From Lytechinus pictus (taxonomy: Eukaryota), in assembly GCF_037042905.1 (NCBI RefSeq), contig NC_087256.1:3968001-4032000 (forward strand): 64,000 nt of DNA. Direction: 5' to 3'. The notes beneath the pieces are model-generated. The model was not told the origin of the DNA and did not search any database. It saw only the letters and a list, made by a program, of their open reading frames with translations. A program made the position numbers and the translations under genes. Below, piece after piece: positions 11,807 through 24,612 of the stretch (positions are counted from its first letter, which is position 1; each line of letters starts with the position of its first letter).

Positions 11807-12107
11807 AGCGCCGTGGTGATATAGCGGTAGGCCTACTGACTCTCTCAGAGGGTCGTGAGTTCGAATCCCACCACGGCCTAGCATCCTTTGGCAAGGCGTC
11901 AATCTACACTTTGCCACTCTCACTCAGGTCCTAATTGGGTACCGGAAGGAAACAACCGTCATTGTGGTTGGTTTAGTAAGTGTGCGCCTAACAGGCTGCT
12001 TGAAATGCTATGATATGAATCCAGTGACCGGGTTATAATTATTGTGAAGCGCTTTGAGCAATCGTAGATTGATAAAGCGCTATATAAATGCCAATTATTA
12101 TTATTAT
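11807..12107 (+). mobile_element. tRNA-derived SINE with CORE-like body and L2-like tail
   Basis: A-box-like GTGGTGATATAGCGG, B-box GAGTTCGAATCCC, body CTTTGGCAAGGC...GGGTACC, 3' end TGTGAAGCGCTTTGAG...AAGCGCTATATAAAT(TAT)n similar to the LINE tail at ~20685-20752. Confidence 0.85.
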
Positions 12108-13038
12108 AGTACAGCGATCCCGGTGGTATCCAGCATCAAAGAAATGTGCATGCACAAGCATATAATAATATCATAGAGCCATAGTATTGTCCCCAGACAA
12201 CTACATTGGGCCCATGAAATGCTGATGCTGCATACGCGCCAATAGTATGCACCTTTACCTCGTTAGAACTTTTATTTTCTGCCTCCTACCCCCCCCCCCC
12301 CCGAAAAATAATTATCATGCATGCACGACAATTAAATGTTTCACTTTAAGTTTGAATACGTTTATTAAGTAATGAAGTATTTGTATTTTTAAAACAGTTT
12401 AAAAATATGATGGATGGCTGCATAAAATAGAACACAGCTATTTAGGCCTATACATGCAAGACACATCTTTGATTCTTATACCCTATGATATCACATGATT
12501 AAAGAAAATAATAATCAACAAATTTAGATCATCAATGCCTTGAGAATTTCCTTATGACAAGAACTGGTACACGTACATTCGGGCATCCACTTTAATTGGT
12601 TGAAAATTATCACCCGGCAGTGGTTTGTTATGTGTCTTCTGTTCTAATCTGAGAAACGTAAAGACCGGGCGTAAAGAAAAGAATGCAGGGATGGCGCCAA
12701 TGTAAAAGATTGGCAAGACTACCTGAATATTTTTCTCGATTGAATCGAAAAAGTAATACAACTCTCTATGATGCATTTCTTCATTATACCCATAGAGTAG
12801 CAAGCTAGTAATACATCTATGATATACCCCACCTACTCGCTCTGGCCAGATGTTTATTATCGCGTTTGCAGCTTTGGAGACACCATATTTGTAAAAAAAA
12901 AATTATTTAAGGTCGGTAATTTCATAAAAACTAGTATGTTGCACAACAGCGGAGATTTTGAGTAACGTGAGCCGAGCTGAGCTTCGAATGTTATATAGCA
13001 ATTAATCAACCGTCTGAAAAAACATAACCAAAGCAACA

Positions 13039-16000
13039 ATGTTTCTCCTAAGGCCTCAGTGTTTTCGAGTGTCTTCCAGTGTCAGGGATGGAGTACAAAA
13101 GGTATGGTTTAATAATTCTCCCCGGTCGTTTTTTGTTTGTTTTCTTTTTTATTTTAGCTTGAACTTTTTTGAAGTTGAATTTGATTTGAGGTACGGTAGT
13201 GATACACAACAAGACCGGGATGAGCTGCGTGAGACGACTGAGTCAGTGCGAGAGCCGAGAGCAGAGCTGAGGCAGAGAGGCCAGAGCTGAGTCGAGGCCG
13301 TGTATGAGTGCACGATATCGTAAGCTGAAGGAGCTCCGCAATGCAACCAAACTCGAGTCTATCATGTCTATCTATGAATCAAAGCATTGCAAAGAGAAGG
13401 GGGATTAAAAAAAGAGAAGTACCGGTACACCCCGAACTTTATAATGCATGTCATAAAGACAAGTTTATTGTTAAAAATAAAATAGCAGAAAAATCGGAAT
13501 ATATATTGGTGAACAGGTGAGGTTTTTGTGACTGAGGAAAATCCATCAAATACAAAGTCAAGATTATCTGATTAGATTAGAAAGTAAATATAAGGCCCAA
13601 CGTCAGTATTTAATTTTTTTATTTGTGACGTTACAGCATGCAGCTCACCCATATCGTGTAGAAGTAGTAACTAGTATAAACAAAATCAATAAAATCTAAT
13701 TTTCTCAAATTTTGTAAATTTTCTTTATTTTATCTTCAGTAATAATATATAAACTGTTAAATCATTTCACACCCACTATCACTTATCAGAACAGGAGAGA
13801 CAATTTGTTTTGTCATCAACCATTAAAATTTTAAACAAAATCAAAATGGGCAGCTGCTTGCATGATGTAAAAAATCAAAATACCTTTCTTATTCTTTGAT
13901 GAATTTTCCTCAAACCTTCACCAATACTTTTTACTATGTTTTTCTGGTATTTTACACAAAAAAAACTATTCTACCAATCGGTATTAACTCCGCCCATGTT
14001 CCAGAGTGCAAAGGGTCTTGCATCAGGGTATACTTCCCCTTTAACTTAAAGGACAAGTCCACCCCAACAAAAAGTTGATTTGAATAAAAAGAGGAAAATC
14101 CAACAAGCAAAAAACTGAAAATTTCATCAAAATCGGATGTAAAATAAGAAAGTTATGACATTTTAAAGTTTTGCTTTATTTCACTAAACAGTTATATGCA
14201 CATACTGTTGGTATGCAAATGAGGGAACTGATGACATCACTCACTCACTTTTTCTTTTGTATTTTGTTATATGAAATATTCTAATTTTCTCCCCATTGTT
14301 CTGTGAAACAAAGTTTTATTTCTCCCTGAACATATGGAATTACCATTGTTTAACATTTTATGGTTCTGTCAAGTTTGTCCTTATTGTCAAATCTGTGAAA
14401 ATTGAAATAGTGTATAATTCAAACAATAAAAAACAAGAAATAGTGAGGGACGTCATCAATTCTCTCATTTGCACATGACTATTAAAAGTAGTGCATATAA
14501 CTATTTTGTAAAAAATAAGCGAAACTTCAAAATGTCATAACTTTCTTATTTTACATCCGATTTTGATGAAATTTTCAGCATTGATGCTTGTCTGATTTTT
14601 TCTCTATTGATTCAAATCAGCATTTTTCTGAGGTGGACTTGACCTTTAATACCAGGGGGACAGGAGAATCTAACATTTGACTAGTGATTTCATTTTTTTG
14701 GTTTTGGATGGTGTTGGTGTTGGGTTTTGATGCTGAAAGTGTGAAAATTATTATTAGACTTAAACTCATGATGTCATGCCTTTTATGTGCCGATCGTCTC
14801 AACTTCACGTGAGAAGTCTCGTCACTTTTCAGACAGCAATGACTGCCAGAAATATGTAATATTTTCAATCAATTTTTAATTTCAATCCAACACCAGCCTC
14901 ATTTCAAGTACTGTGTTGTGGATGGTTTTGATATTGCTACAGCACCAACACCAGACTTCAACAATACTTGAAATCACCCTATTCTATACTTCATACAAAA
15001 ATGCATTCTCTATTCTGTTATGTCTTATGAGGGGGTCAGGGAGAGAGTCTCCAATATTAAAGACCTTAACAACATCCAAGCTAGACTTTGTGAATATTAA
15101 TTTGGAGCAGATTTTCTTGATAGTTCTGTCATCAAGAGTGGCATAAATCCAAACTGAATGAGCCAAACCAATACATGTATGAGAGAGAATGACATGGCTT
15201 ATGGGGCATACTTTTAAAGAAGTCTAGATCAAGTAAAACTTTTGGAGATGTTTTGAAATAAAATAAAATTTGGTGATGGATTGTGACATAGCAATAATAT
15301 TCCATTACATGCAGCCCCCCCCCCCCCCTGTAAGATAGACTTTTTTCATTACTGTACAGTTTTTAATTTGTATTTGAGTCTTCTTTTTTAATTTATGGAA
15401 ATATATTGAAAATGTCTTCATATCTTTTTTTTTCTCAGAGTTTTCAATCCATCCAGAGAAATTCATGTTCTCGCTGTTTGCATCAGCAACAGAAAACTGT
15501 GACATGTAGAGCTGGAAGTCTATCTTTGTTAAGAGGCTCTGTGCAGTTTCTGAAACCAAAGGTACGGTATGTCTTTTAGAAAACCTACTAAGTGTATGTC
15601 TCATGTCACTGTTCCTCAAACTGTTAGCAATCTTGTACTTGTTCTTTGTACTATTCATATTTTGATATTGGTCAGAAAAGTGAGATGCCCAGGAATACAT
15701 CTGATCATCTCAATTGATACATAAAAGGTTCTAAATTTTTGTGATCTTCTTCAAGGTTTTCTGTTACTAAATGAGAAAGTTACTCATTTAAAAACATCTA
15801 TGTGCCAAAATAAGCATATGTAGTGTAAGCAGATGTAAAATCTAATCCGAACAATTAATATACTGTAACACTTCCAAGCTGCTGTAATGTAATTATACAT
15901 GTAGCTATGTTTTGGCTAATTACATAAATGTATGTTCTTGCCAACAGGTTCAGTTGGTACTGAAACCTAGCCGGGTTCAAACCACAGTCGCTGCAAGTGT

Positions 16001-19000
16001 GAATGCAATCTCCCCCAGGGCAGAGAAGATCGTCGGAGCATGGCTGCTGTCTTGCTGTGGGATGATCGCAGGTACGGTCGTGCTCGGAGGTGTCACAAGG
16101 CTTACCGAATCCGGCCTCTCCATGACGGACTGGCATCTCATCAAAGGTATGAGGCCTCCAACGTCTCAAGAACAATGGGAAGCAGAGTTTGAAAGGTACA
16201 AGCAGTTCCCGGAGTACAAGTATGTCCATACCGAGATAACCCTGCAACAGTTCAAGTTTATTTGGATGATGGAGTATAGTCATAGGATGTGGGGTAGGGC
16301 CATTGGTCTGGCTTTCTTCATTCCAGCTGCTATCTTCTGGAAGAAAGGGTGGATCAGTAAAGCCCTCAAACCAAGGCTGGCCATCTATGGCTCCCTTCTT
16401 GTCTTTCAAGTAAGACCTGTTTTTTATTAAGGTATTCACATAAACAATGAAATAAAATGAATTAATGTAAGTATTTATAAGTAGGCCTACTCACAAGGGG
16501 AATGATTTAATGTAGTGATAATGATTAGGTTTTCGTGATATCGTATATACTCTCCTGTTGTATAAAGTTGCTGTTATGTCAATTTTGTCTTTCAGTGGTA
16601 ATTAGTATGATAACAAGGTTCAGTAGCCAATCAGAATCAAGGATTTCATAGTGTTACCATTGGATGTCAAGGTAACTAATGCAAGAAGGCTCTGGTTAGG
16701 TTTGAATATTGATATTATTTATTAAATTGGTACCAATATGGGGACCTGTATTTGCTGGTTAACATGCACATATGCAGTATATTAAGCAGAGGGTTTTTTT
16801 AGTTATGGAAGTAACTAAGTATGTAAAGTAATTAAACCATCAAAGTTTAAGAGAGTGAAAGTTTCAGCATTGATTTTTTAAAATGCCCCAAAAAGCATTG
16901 ATTGGTTTGTAAAATCATATCATATTTTCCCTGTTGAATCAGCAATACAATCATATTGTTCAGAGTTTGACTTATGAGATTCTTCTTCAAGTTTGACTTC
17001 ATACAAGGGTAACATTCTACAATTTGTTTGTTTCATTTGCAGGGTTTGTTGGGTTGGTTTATGGTGAAGAGTGGTCTAGAAGAACCAGCTAAGCACGACA
17101 TTCCGAGGGTCAGTCAGTATCGCCTAGCAGCTCATCTTGGTTCTGCTTTTGTTCTTTACTCCCTGATGCTATGGGGAGGCCTCTCCCAGATTCTCAAACC
17201 ACTCACAGTACGTCTCTTTCACTTCATCCTTTTATCGACTGGTGTCAATAAGTCATGTGCTGCCTTGCCATGTAGATAATTATTTAGTTAGGTCATATAC
17301 TTCAATTTAATGCCCTTTTGCCCATTTGTAAGACAGTAGGCCTATAGCTTTTATTTGGTAAAGTGATGATAGTCCAGTATCAAATCAAATGTAGATTCAT
17401 TAATGCATTGATGTGCCATCCATTTATTGCCAATTCCAGGGGGATTTAATGTCAGCAAGCTATAGTAAAAAAAACAAAAACGAAAAAATACAAATAAGAT
17501 GGGTCAGAAAGCACAGAACGATAATTCAAACATGAGCATTCATATTTTTAAAATGAGAATGATTGTATATAACTCTCCATTAGTAATATGATTTGTTGCA
17601 TTTTCTTTATCATATAGATAGCAAACAGCAAGAATCTTTCACTGTTGAGAAAGTGTGCTCATGGGTCCATGGCTGTTATCTTTACAACCGCATTGTCAGG
17701 TAGGTTATCCATTCATTCATCACCAGCTTCTGTTTTCTTGATTAGATTTGAAAGATATAACTTAAAGGGATGGTCCGGGCTGAAAATATTTATATTTAAA
17801 TAAATAGGGTAAAATTCACAGAGCAAAATGCTTAAAATTTCATCAAAATCGGTTAACAAATAACGAAATTATTGAATTTTAAAGTTTATCAATATTTTGT
17901 GAAAACAGTTATATGCACATCATCATGAATATTTTCATTAAGTGGGCTGATGATGTCACATCCTTACTTTCCTTTTTATTATGTTATTAGTTTATTGTTA
18001 CATGAAATCATAAATGTTTAATTTTGTCATACATTTGTAAATGATGTGTCTCCATTATGATGAAATAAGTTGTGGCAGTAAATAACTGATGCACCTAATC
18101 ACTTGTCCATCCAATTTTCCTATGAATATTCACAAAGACATGCCTAGAACTGTTTCATTGGAATAATGCAAATCTTTAAAATCCAATAACTTCGTTATTT
18201 GTTATCCGATTTTGATCAAATTTTCAGCATTTTGCTTTGTGAATTTTACTCTATTTATTGAGATATAAATATTTTCAGCCTGGACCATCCTTTTAAAGTA
18301 TAGCAGCGTAATTATGATGAAAATAAGTATGAACATGTCAAGTAAAACATAAAACCTCTTGTATGTGTGTACATATTATGTATCAAGAAACACTAGTTAG
18401 CAAACCAGGGTTTTATTTTGTATTTTTTATGATGCATAAAAAGTATATACCCAATGTATAAAACTGATTTCTTCTTACTTAGTGGAATGTGCAGATAAGC
18501 TGTGTGCTTAGCAAATAATCCAGTATGGCATATACTAAGAAAGCAACAGAATCTATACATGCAGTAACATCACAAACTTACATGTGGGAACATATATTTT
18601 TATTTTAAATACTACTAAAAATACCTTCCTAAAAATAAAAGATCATTCTACAACAAGCTTGTCCAATTGTTATTATGCTATTATATTGTTATATGACTTG
18701 TTATGTTGTAGTATTAATTATTTAATCATTGTTCTGCATCCTGTTCAGGCGCGTTTGTAGCAGGTTTGGATGCTGGTTTGGTGTACAATTCATTCCCTAA
18801 GATGGGTGACAAGTGGATTCCAGAAGACATCATGGCCCATGATCCCAAGTACAAGAATGTTTTTGAAAACCCCACGACGGTCCAGTTTGATCACAGAATT
18901 CTAGTGAGTTCCTCTAATAACGCTTCACAGTACATAAAGTTACATGAATGTCTTTGTACATCCCACTACGATCCAGTTTGATCACAAAATCGTGGTTGGT

Positions 19001-20959
19001 TCTTAAATAACCCTGCACAGTACATTAAGTTACCTTAAGTATAAGAATGTCTTTGAAACCCTGCAACAGTTTCAGTTTGATGAAAGAATCTTGGTGAGTT
19101 CCTTAAATAACTTTTTTTTTTAATTGTTACAGCCAGGTAGTCCCTGTTTCATGGTTACATTTAAAGTGCATTTAGGTTAACTTTTGCATGATTCCAGGGT
19201 GAAATGTTCTTGGAGAATCATATCTCTTTGGTATACCTTGATAACTCTTGAGTGACTTTGCACTCTAAAAGACACATAAGGTGACTCCCAGGTAAAATCT
19301 AGTAAATCAGATAAGCACGAGCGTCTAAAATAAGGTATTTGTGTCTGTACTGTATGATAATTTAAGAACAAGGTCATGCTAGGCAAAGACAGCAGAATAG
19401 TCTTTGATTGCTTTAGCTACTCTGGTATTCTTACTTTTTTAATACATTTGTTCTTCCTTTCTGATAGGGTACAACAACTGGAGCGACAGTAGCAGGCCTC
19501 TGGATGTTAGCACGTCGGGTACCATTACCAAGCAGAGCTAGGCTGGCAGCGAACTGCATGCTGGGAATGGTTGGCATTCAGGTATGTCATTCATAGTGTA
19601 AATATCAGTGAGAGTAGAATTCCATGTAGGACACAATCTAAGGGTTCTGTGGAATAAACACTTTTGCACATTTGAATTTTTGTGCTTGGTTGATGTTTTC
19701 TGAAATTGTTTGATATTTATGAAGACAATATTATAATATTAGTATTTTTTGTTGCTCTTTTCATTTTTTTATAAAAGTGCTTTGAATTGTTGATGCAATT
19801 AAATGAATCACAGAAAAAAATGATAAAAAGATATTTACATATTTCTTTGACTTACTTCTTTGGGTAAGTCAGGATAATGTTTGATAATTTAGATTCTCCT
19901 ACTGTCAATTGGAATTTAGGTGATCTATTTACTTATATAAATGCATACAGGTCTTACTTTATAACTTTTGTAACGCTAACTTGAGGTGCATATATTTGAC
20001 CAAATATTAAATTTGCTAAAAGCAGAGCAGTCCTCATATCAACATTATCTTGTGTTCAATTGTTGATATGTAATTTTAGTTTATCTTTTTGATTACTAAA
20101 TCTGATTTAAATTTGATGGGAAATATGGTTACCTTTGAGTACTTAAGCTATTAATGTATGAATGGGAGTGGATTCCCATATTTTTGATAACATATTTCTA
20201 AGCTGCAGAGAATTCAAAACTCTGCAGCCCATCTAGTTTCCCTCACTAAAAAACATGACCATGTAACACCTACTCTTAAACAATTACACTGGCTCCCTGT
20301 CAAATTTTGTAAACAATTCAAAATTCTACTCTTTACATTTAAATCTCTTCATGGACATGCTCCAAAATATCTTACTGAATTAATCCAGGCATATACTCCC
20401 AGTAGGTCCCTTCGTTCTGCAAATCAAAATTTCTTAACAGTCAAAAAAGCAAAAACTAAACTTTTTGGTGATAGGTCCTTTTCAAGCTCTGCCCCACATC
20501 TTTGGAACACTCTTCCAGCTTCCCTCCATTGTATTCAAAATATCACATCGTTTCGATCCAATTTAAAGACGTACCTCATGAAGGAAGCATATTCAACATA
20601 GCCTCATTTACAGTGTCCTTGATATTTTTTAATTATATGATTTCTAATTTCACTTTTGTTTGTATATTTCGTATGTTCTACATTGTTAAGCGCTTTGATA
20701 TGGATTTCATAAAAAGTGCTATATAAGACTAAGTTATTATTATTATTATTATCAACATACTATTTCTGCATGTCACAGTTTTTATTTGTAAACATATACT
20801 AACTTTGTTTGTTTTTGTCTTTGACAGATCACACTTGGAATCACCACACTTCTCATGTATGTACCTACCAGTCTTGCAGCTGCTCACCAGTCTGGGTCAC
20901 TTACACTCCTATCGCTAGCCATTTGGTTTGCTCATGAGTTACGCAAGATCCCAAAATGA
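13039..20959 (+). CDS. COX15: Cytochrome c oxidase assembly protein COX15 (heme A synthase), ~413 aa
   Basis: Exons 13039-13101, 15493-15561, 15948-16409, 17043-17207, 17618-17699, 18749-18903, 19468-19581, 20828-20959, all GT-AG and in frame. Motifs [71 protein letters not shown]. The first two exons (targeting peptide) are less certain. Confidence 0.95.
13406..14044. mobile_element. Degenerate Kolobok-like element
   Basis: Right end GGGTATACTTCCCCTTTAA; the left end TTAA...GAGAAGTACCGGTACACCC matches only imperfectly. Confidence 0.45.
14046..14649. mobile_element. Kolobok-like MITE, TTAA TSD
   Basis: TTAA-AGGACAAGTCCACC ... GGTGGACTTGACCT-TTAA with long imperfect inverted arms. Confidence 0.85.
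17762..18296. mobile_element. Kolobok-like MITE, TTAA TSD (second family)
   Basis: TTAA-AGGGATGGTCCGGGCTGAAAATATT ... AATATTTTCAGCCTGGACCATCCTT-TTAA. Confidence 0.85.
20197..20752 (+). mobile_element. 5'-truncated L2/CR1-group LINE 3' end
   Basis: Translates [13 protein letters not shown]...[14 protein letters not shown]...RSLRS...[18 protein letters not shown]...FRSNLKTYL, the typical L2 ORF2 C-terminus, followed by a 3' UTR and (TTA)n tail. Confidence 0.9.
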
Positions 20960-23900
20960 ACATGCCATTATGCCATGAGATCACCGCTCCGATTTTCTTT
21001 GGAATATCAACGTATCTCTCTCAGGTACCAAGCTATCTTTCGGCTGACCATCTATCCGGTTTACTACTCATACCCCTCTCTCTAGCCTACTTGTGAGTTA
21101 CACAAGGCTCCAATATGGCTTCATTTTGTCTTTTCGGGGGAGCATTACGACATGAAAAATACCTGTTGCATGTTCTATCTGACAAAGTCTGTTTTATCTG
21201 ACAGTTACCATAGTAACAGTGCTCCTCATCAGATGCGATAACTTTACAGAGAACAAGTGTTGATGAAACACTCTTCGGAGATCCTTCTTGGAATCGCTTC
21301 TCTTCTGAATGAACTGAATGCTATTCAAATCTCACTCTGAGCTTTTTTAATACCCCTGAGCTTCAAAATAAACAAACGTTTCATAGCCAATACAGTAGAA
21401 GGAGGGGAAAAAGGTCTTCATCATAATATTATTAATTTTTTTCCATGCTTGTCAAGTTGGTAATATAAGTTATGGAGTTTGGCGTTGAAGTACAAGTCAA
21501 GACTAACTTTTTTTTGTCTGTTACCTCCAGCACTGAAGCACTTTATTATTGCTTATTCCCATGGAATATAAAATCATATTTACCTGTTGACATAGAATGA
21601 ATTTAATATTTTTTTGTTGGCTTTATACATGGACCAAGTGTCCTTGCGACCTGTTCCTGGATGGGGGTGGGGTGAGGGGAGGGAGAGGGGTTAGTAGTGG
21701 ATCACTGATTAGCCTCTCACGGGCAGCGGAACGGTTTACAAAGTGGGGGGGGGGGCTGACCATGCAAAAAATCACAATCATATGGTCATTTTACGTTTTT
21801 GGACTGCATACAGGTGGGATGATACACTTGGGCTTCCACCATACACTGGGTTTAATTATTGTTATTCTAGGGGAATTCCAGCTCTGGGATTTGTGATGCC
21901 ACTGGGCAACTTCTGAATGCTTAGAGTTAATTTCACCTGTTAAGTTCCTTAATTACTATAAAGGAAAGTTGTAATATAGATGGTTATTACATTTTTATTA
22001 TAAATTTTGTTATGACCTAATAGAATGTTGTTAGTCTGTATTTTCTAGATTGTTATGGTAGTTATATGATCATGATTGTAATTCTTGTCGGTTACTTTTT
22101 GCAAATAATTTTTTTTTATCTTCAATGAATTTGATTTAAATCTTGTTTTGTCACTTTCTGTTTGAATTGTTATACCAAATAATGCTAAGCATTTTCATAG
22201 ATATATTTGTCATATAGATGTACAGTATTACACTATTATGAAAGCGAAGCCAACATATTCATGTGGGTCATAGACCATTGTAAATGGTCCTCCATAAATT
22301 GTTAAAAACAAGTTTTGTACCGACATTTGTTTGAAGGACAATTTCTCTGTTATGTGCAGAGTTTTCAGGTTCATTTTTATGCAAATGTATAGTGTCTTTT
22401 GTAGATTTGAAAGTGAAAGTAATTTGTATTCCGGATAGGTGTTTTTGTGCTATTCAGAATGGAATTTAAAGGAAAGATGAAAATGATTTCAATCATTTTC
22501 ATTGTCTTCAAATAGCTTTTAAGTTGTTGTTTTCAAAGGAATAAGAAAAATGTATTTCAAAAGATCCTTTTAAAAGGTGTGTGATCATTCGTACGTTTCT
22601 CAGTGTACAATATTTGATAGAAATGTAATGAATTTCAAGTTGATTTGTTATCCTCGTATCTCATGCAGGCTACCATAGATTTATTATATAATCTAATACT
22701 CCAAGTAATTTGAGTATATCAGTTCACATTTAAATGTCATTATCTTTGCCTTGTTTTATAATAAAGCTGATATATTGATCATGATGCTGATATTTAAAGA
22801 TTCATCATACACAATAATCCATGCAATCAATCGTAGAAATCAGTCTCCTTGATCAATCGCTAAATTTCATGTTATGAAGCTCAGGACCCTTTCTCATAAA
22901 GAGTGATTAATTCAAACCGGCCACGACTATGGCAGGCCTGGCTATGGGAAGCCAATGACATTATGTGTCATCTGGAAGGCTTATGAAGGAGCCTAGTGCT
23001 CAAAAGAGATTTATACGTGATCAATTTGACCAGCCAGCACGCTTCTTTCTGTTTACAATGGGACATTGTTTCACATTTTAAGTAGACAAGTTATGTCATT
23101 CCTGGCTTTCCATTATTATGATTGATTTGAATCAAGTTAAGCTCTTTGTAAGACAGCGCCAAGAACTCCAGATTATATTCAAGGGCGCCACAGGTAAGCA
23201 GTAACACATAATAGTAGTGCAATAGCAAAAATCTGTCTTTAGGAGATAGATCGTCAAGAGATGCATGAAGTGGTTTTCATCAATATCATGAAACAAATTA
23301 AAGTTAATTGAACTATACTCGATTAAGCACTGACTAAAGCACACATTGACTTTGTTTTATCAAACGTAAGATTTGTTGTTTGTATCATACGAAAGCAAAT
23401 ATGATATCAGTCAATCAAAATGTGGAAGTTTCTGATGAAATAATTTGTTGTTATAGTAAGTTTTGTGAAACTGTCCCTTGATCAATCTTGGAAGTTTGAA
23501 TTTCTGTAGAAAGAATATTGTACAAATCTGATCATTTTGTGGAAATAAATGATGTGTTTATATACATGTACTATGGCAGTAGTTGGTCATATTTCCCTCT
23601 GCTCAAATGAAAATTATCAAACCATGATGGAAGTGTGTTATTTAGAAAGAGAAGTTGCTGAGTGGTGAAATGTTAAGAGAAAATAAATACATACACTCAA
23701 TTGAACCAGGTGCAAATATTTTTTTCTATAAAATACCTTTTATTAAAATCTTATGTCAAGGATAAAAACATTATTGTGGCATGATAAATTGAACAATCAT
23801 GAAACATATCATATTAAACTATACAGAATTCATGTATAAGAATGTTACAAAATAGACAAAATAAATATTTTTATATACTAATAGTGTAAGAGAGTACATG

Positions 23901-24020
23901 TAGTACAATATCATGTACTGAGTCTTCTCTTTGAAAATATCATTAGTAATGGTTGACATTATCACTTCCAATAAGTAAGGAGGACCAAGATAAAAAAAAG
24001 TAAATTTCTCAAAGCTTTCA

Positions 24021-24612
24021 TTAAAGGAGAATGAAACTCTTGGAGCAAGTTAGCTTTTGTGAAAGCAGAAAAATCAAAGAATAAGATCAACAAAAGTTTG
24101 AGTAAAATAGGACTAGCAATAGAAGAGTTATGAGCATTTGAATGTCGAGATCACTAATGCTATGGAAATCCTCCCATTGGCAATGCGACCAAGATCTTTG
24201 ATGTCACAGATGAACAACTCTCCCCTTTTGGACACTGAAAATATACCACAAAACATCTCTTTTTGCTCATTCTAATCATATGACAAACGATTCATCAATG
24301 ATATAATGTTGTGAAACCTCTGTGTTTGTCCTCTCATTAAGAGAACACCTCACCTTGTGATAGACTCTATAAAAGTGAGAATATAAGTGAAATAAGTACT
24401 AAAGTAATGAGGGAGTTGTACGTGTGTGACATCACAGATCTTGGTCGCATTGCCAATGGGAGGATCTACATGGCATTAGTGATCTCGACATTCAAATGCT
24501 CATAACTTTCTTATTATTCATTCAATCTTCTTCAAAGTTTCAACAATATGTTTCTTTGATTTTTCTCTTTGATGTGGATTCAGCTGGTTTCAAGGGTTTC
24601 ATTCTCCTTTAA
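24021..24612. mobile_element. Kolobok-like palindromic MITE, TTAA TSD (third family)
   Basis: TTAA-AGGAGAATGAAAC ... GTTTCATTCTCCT-TTAA; near-perfect inner arms at ~24125-24210 and ~24425-24507. Confidence 0.85.

Noticed and set aside
11807-11880. tRNA gene
   Set aside because: The cloverleaf is degenerate and continues into a SINE body and (TAT)n tail.
15855-16439. 194-aa minus-strand ORF
   Set aside because: Antisense shadow of COX15 exon 3.
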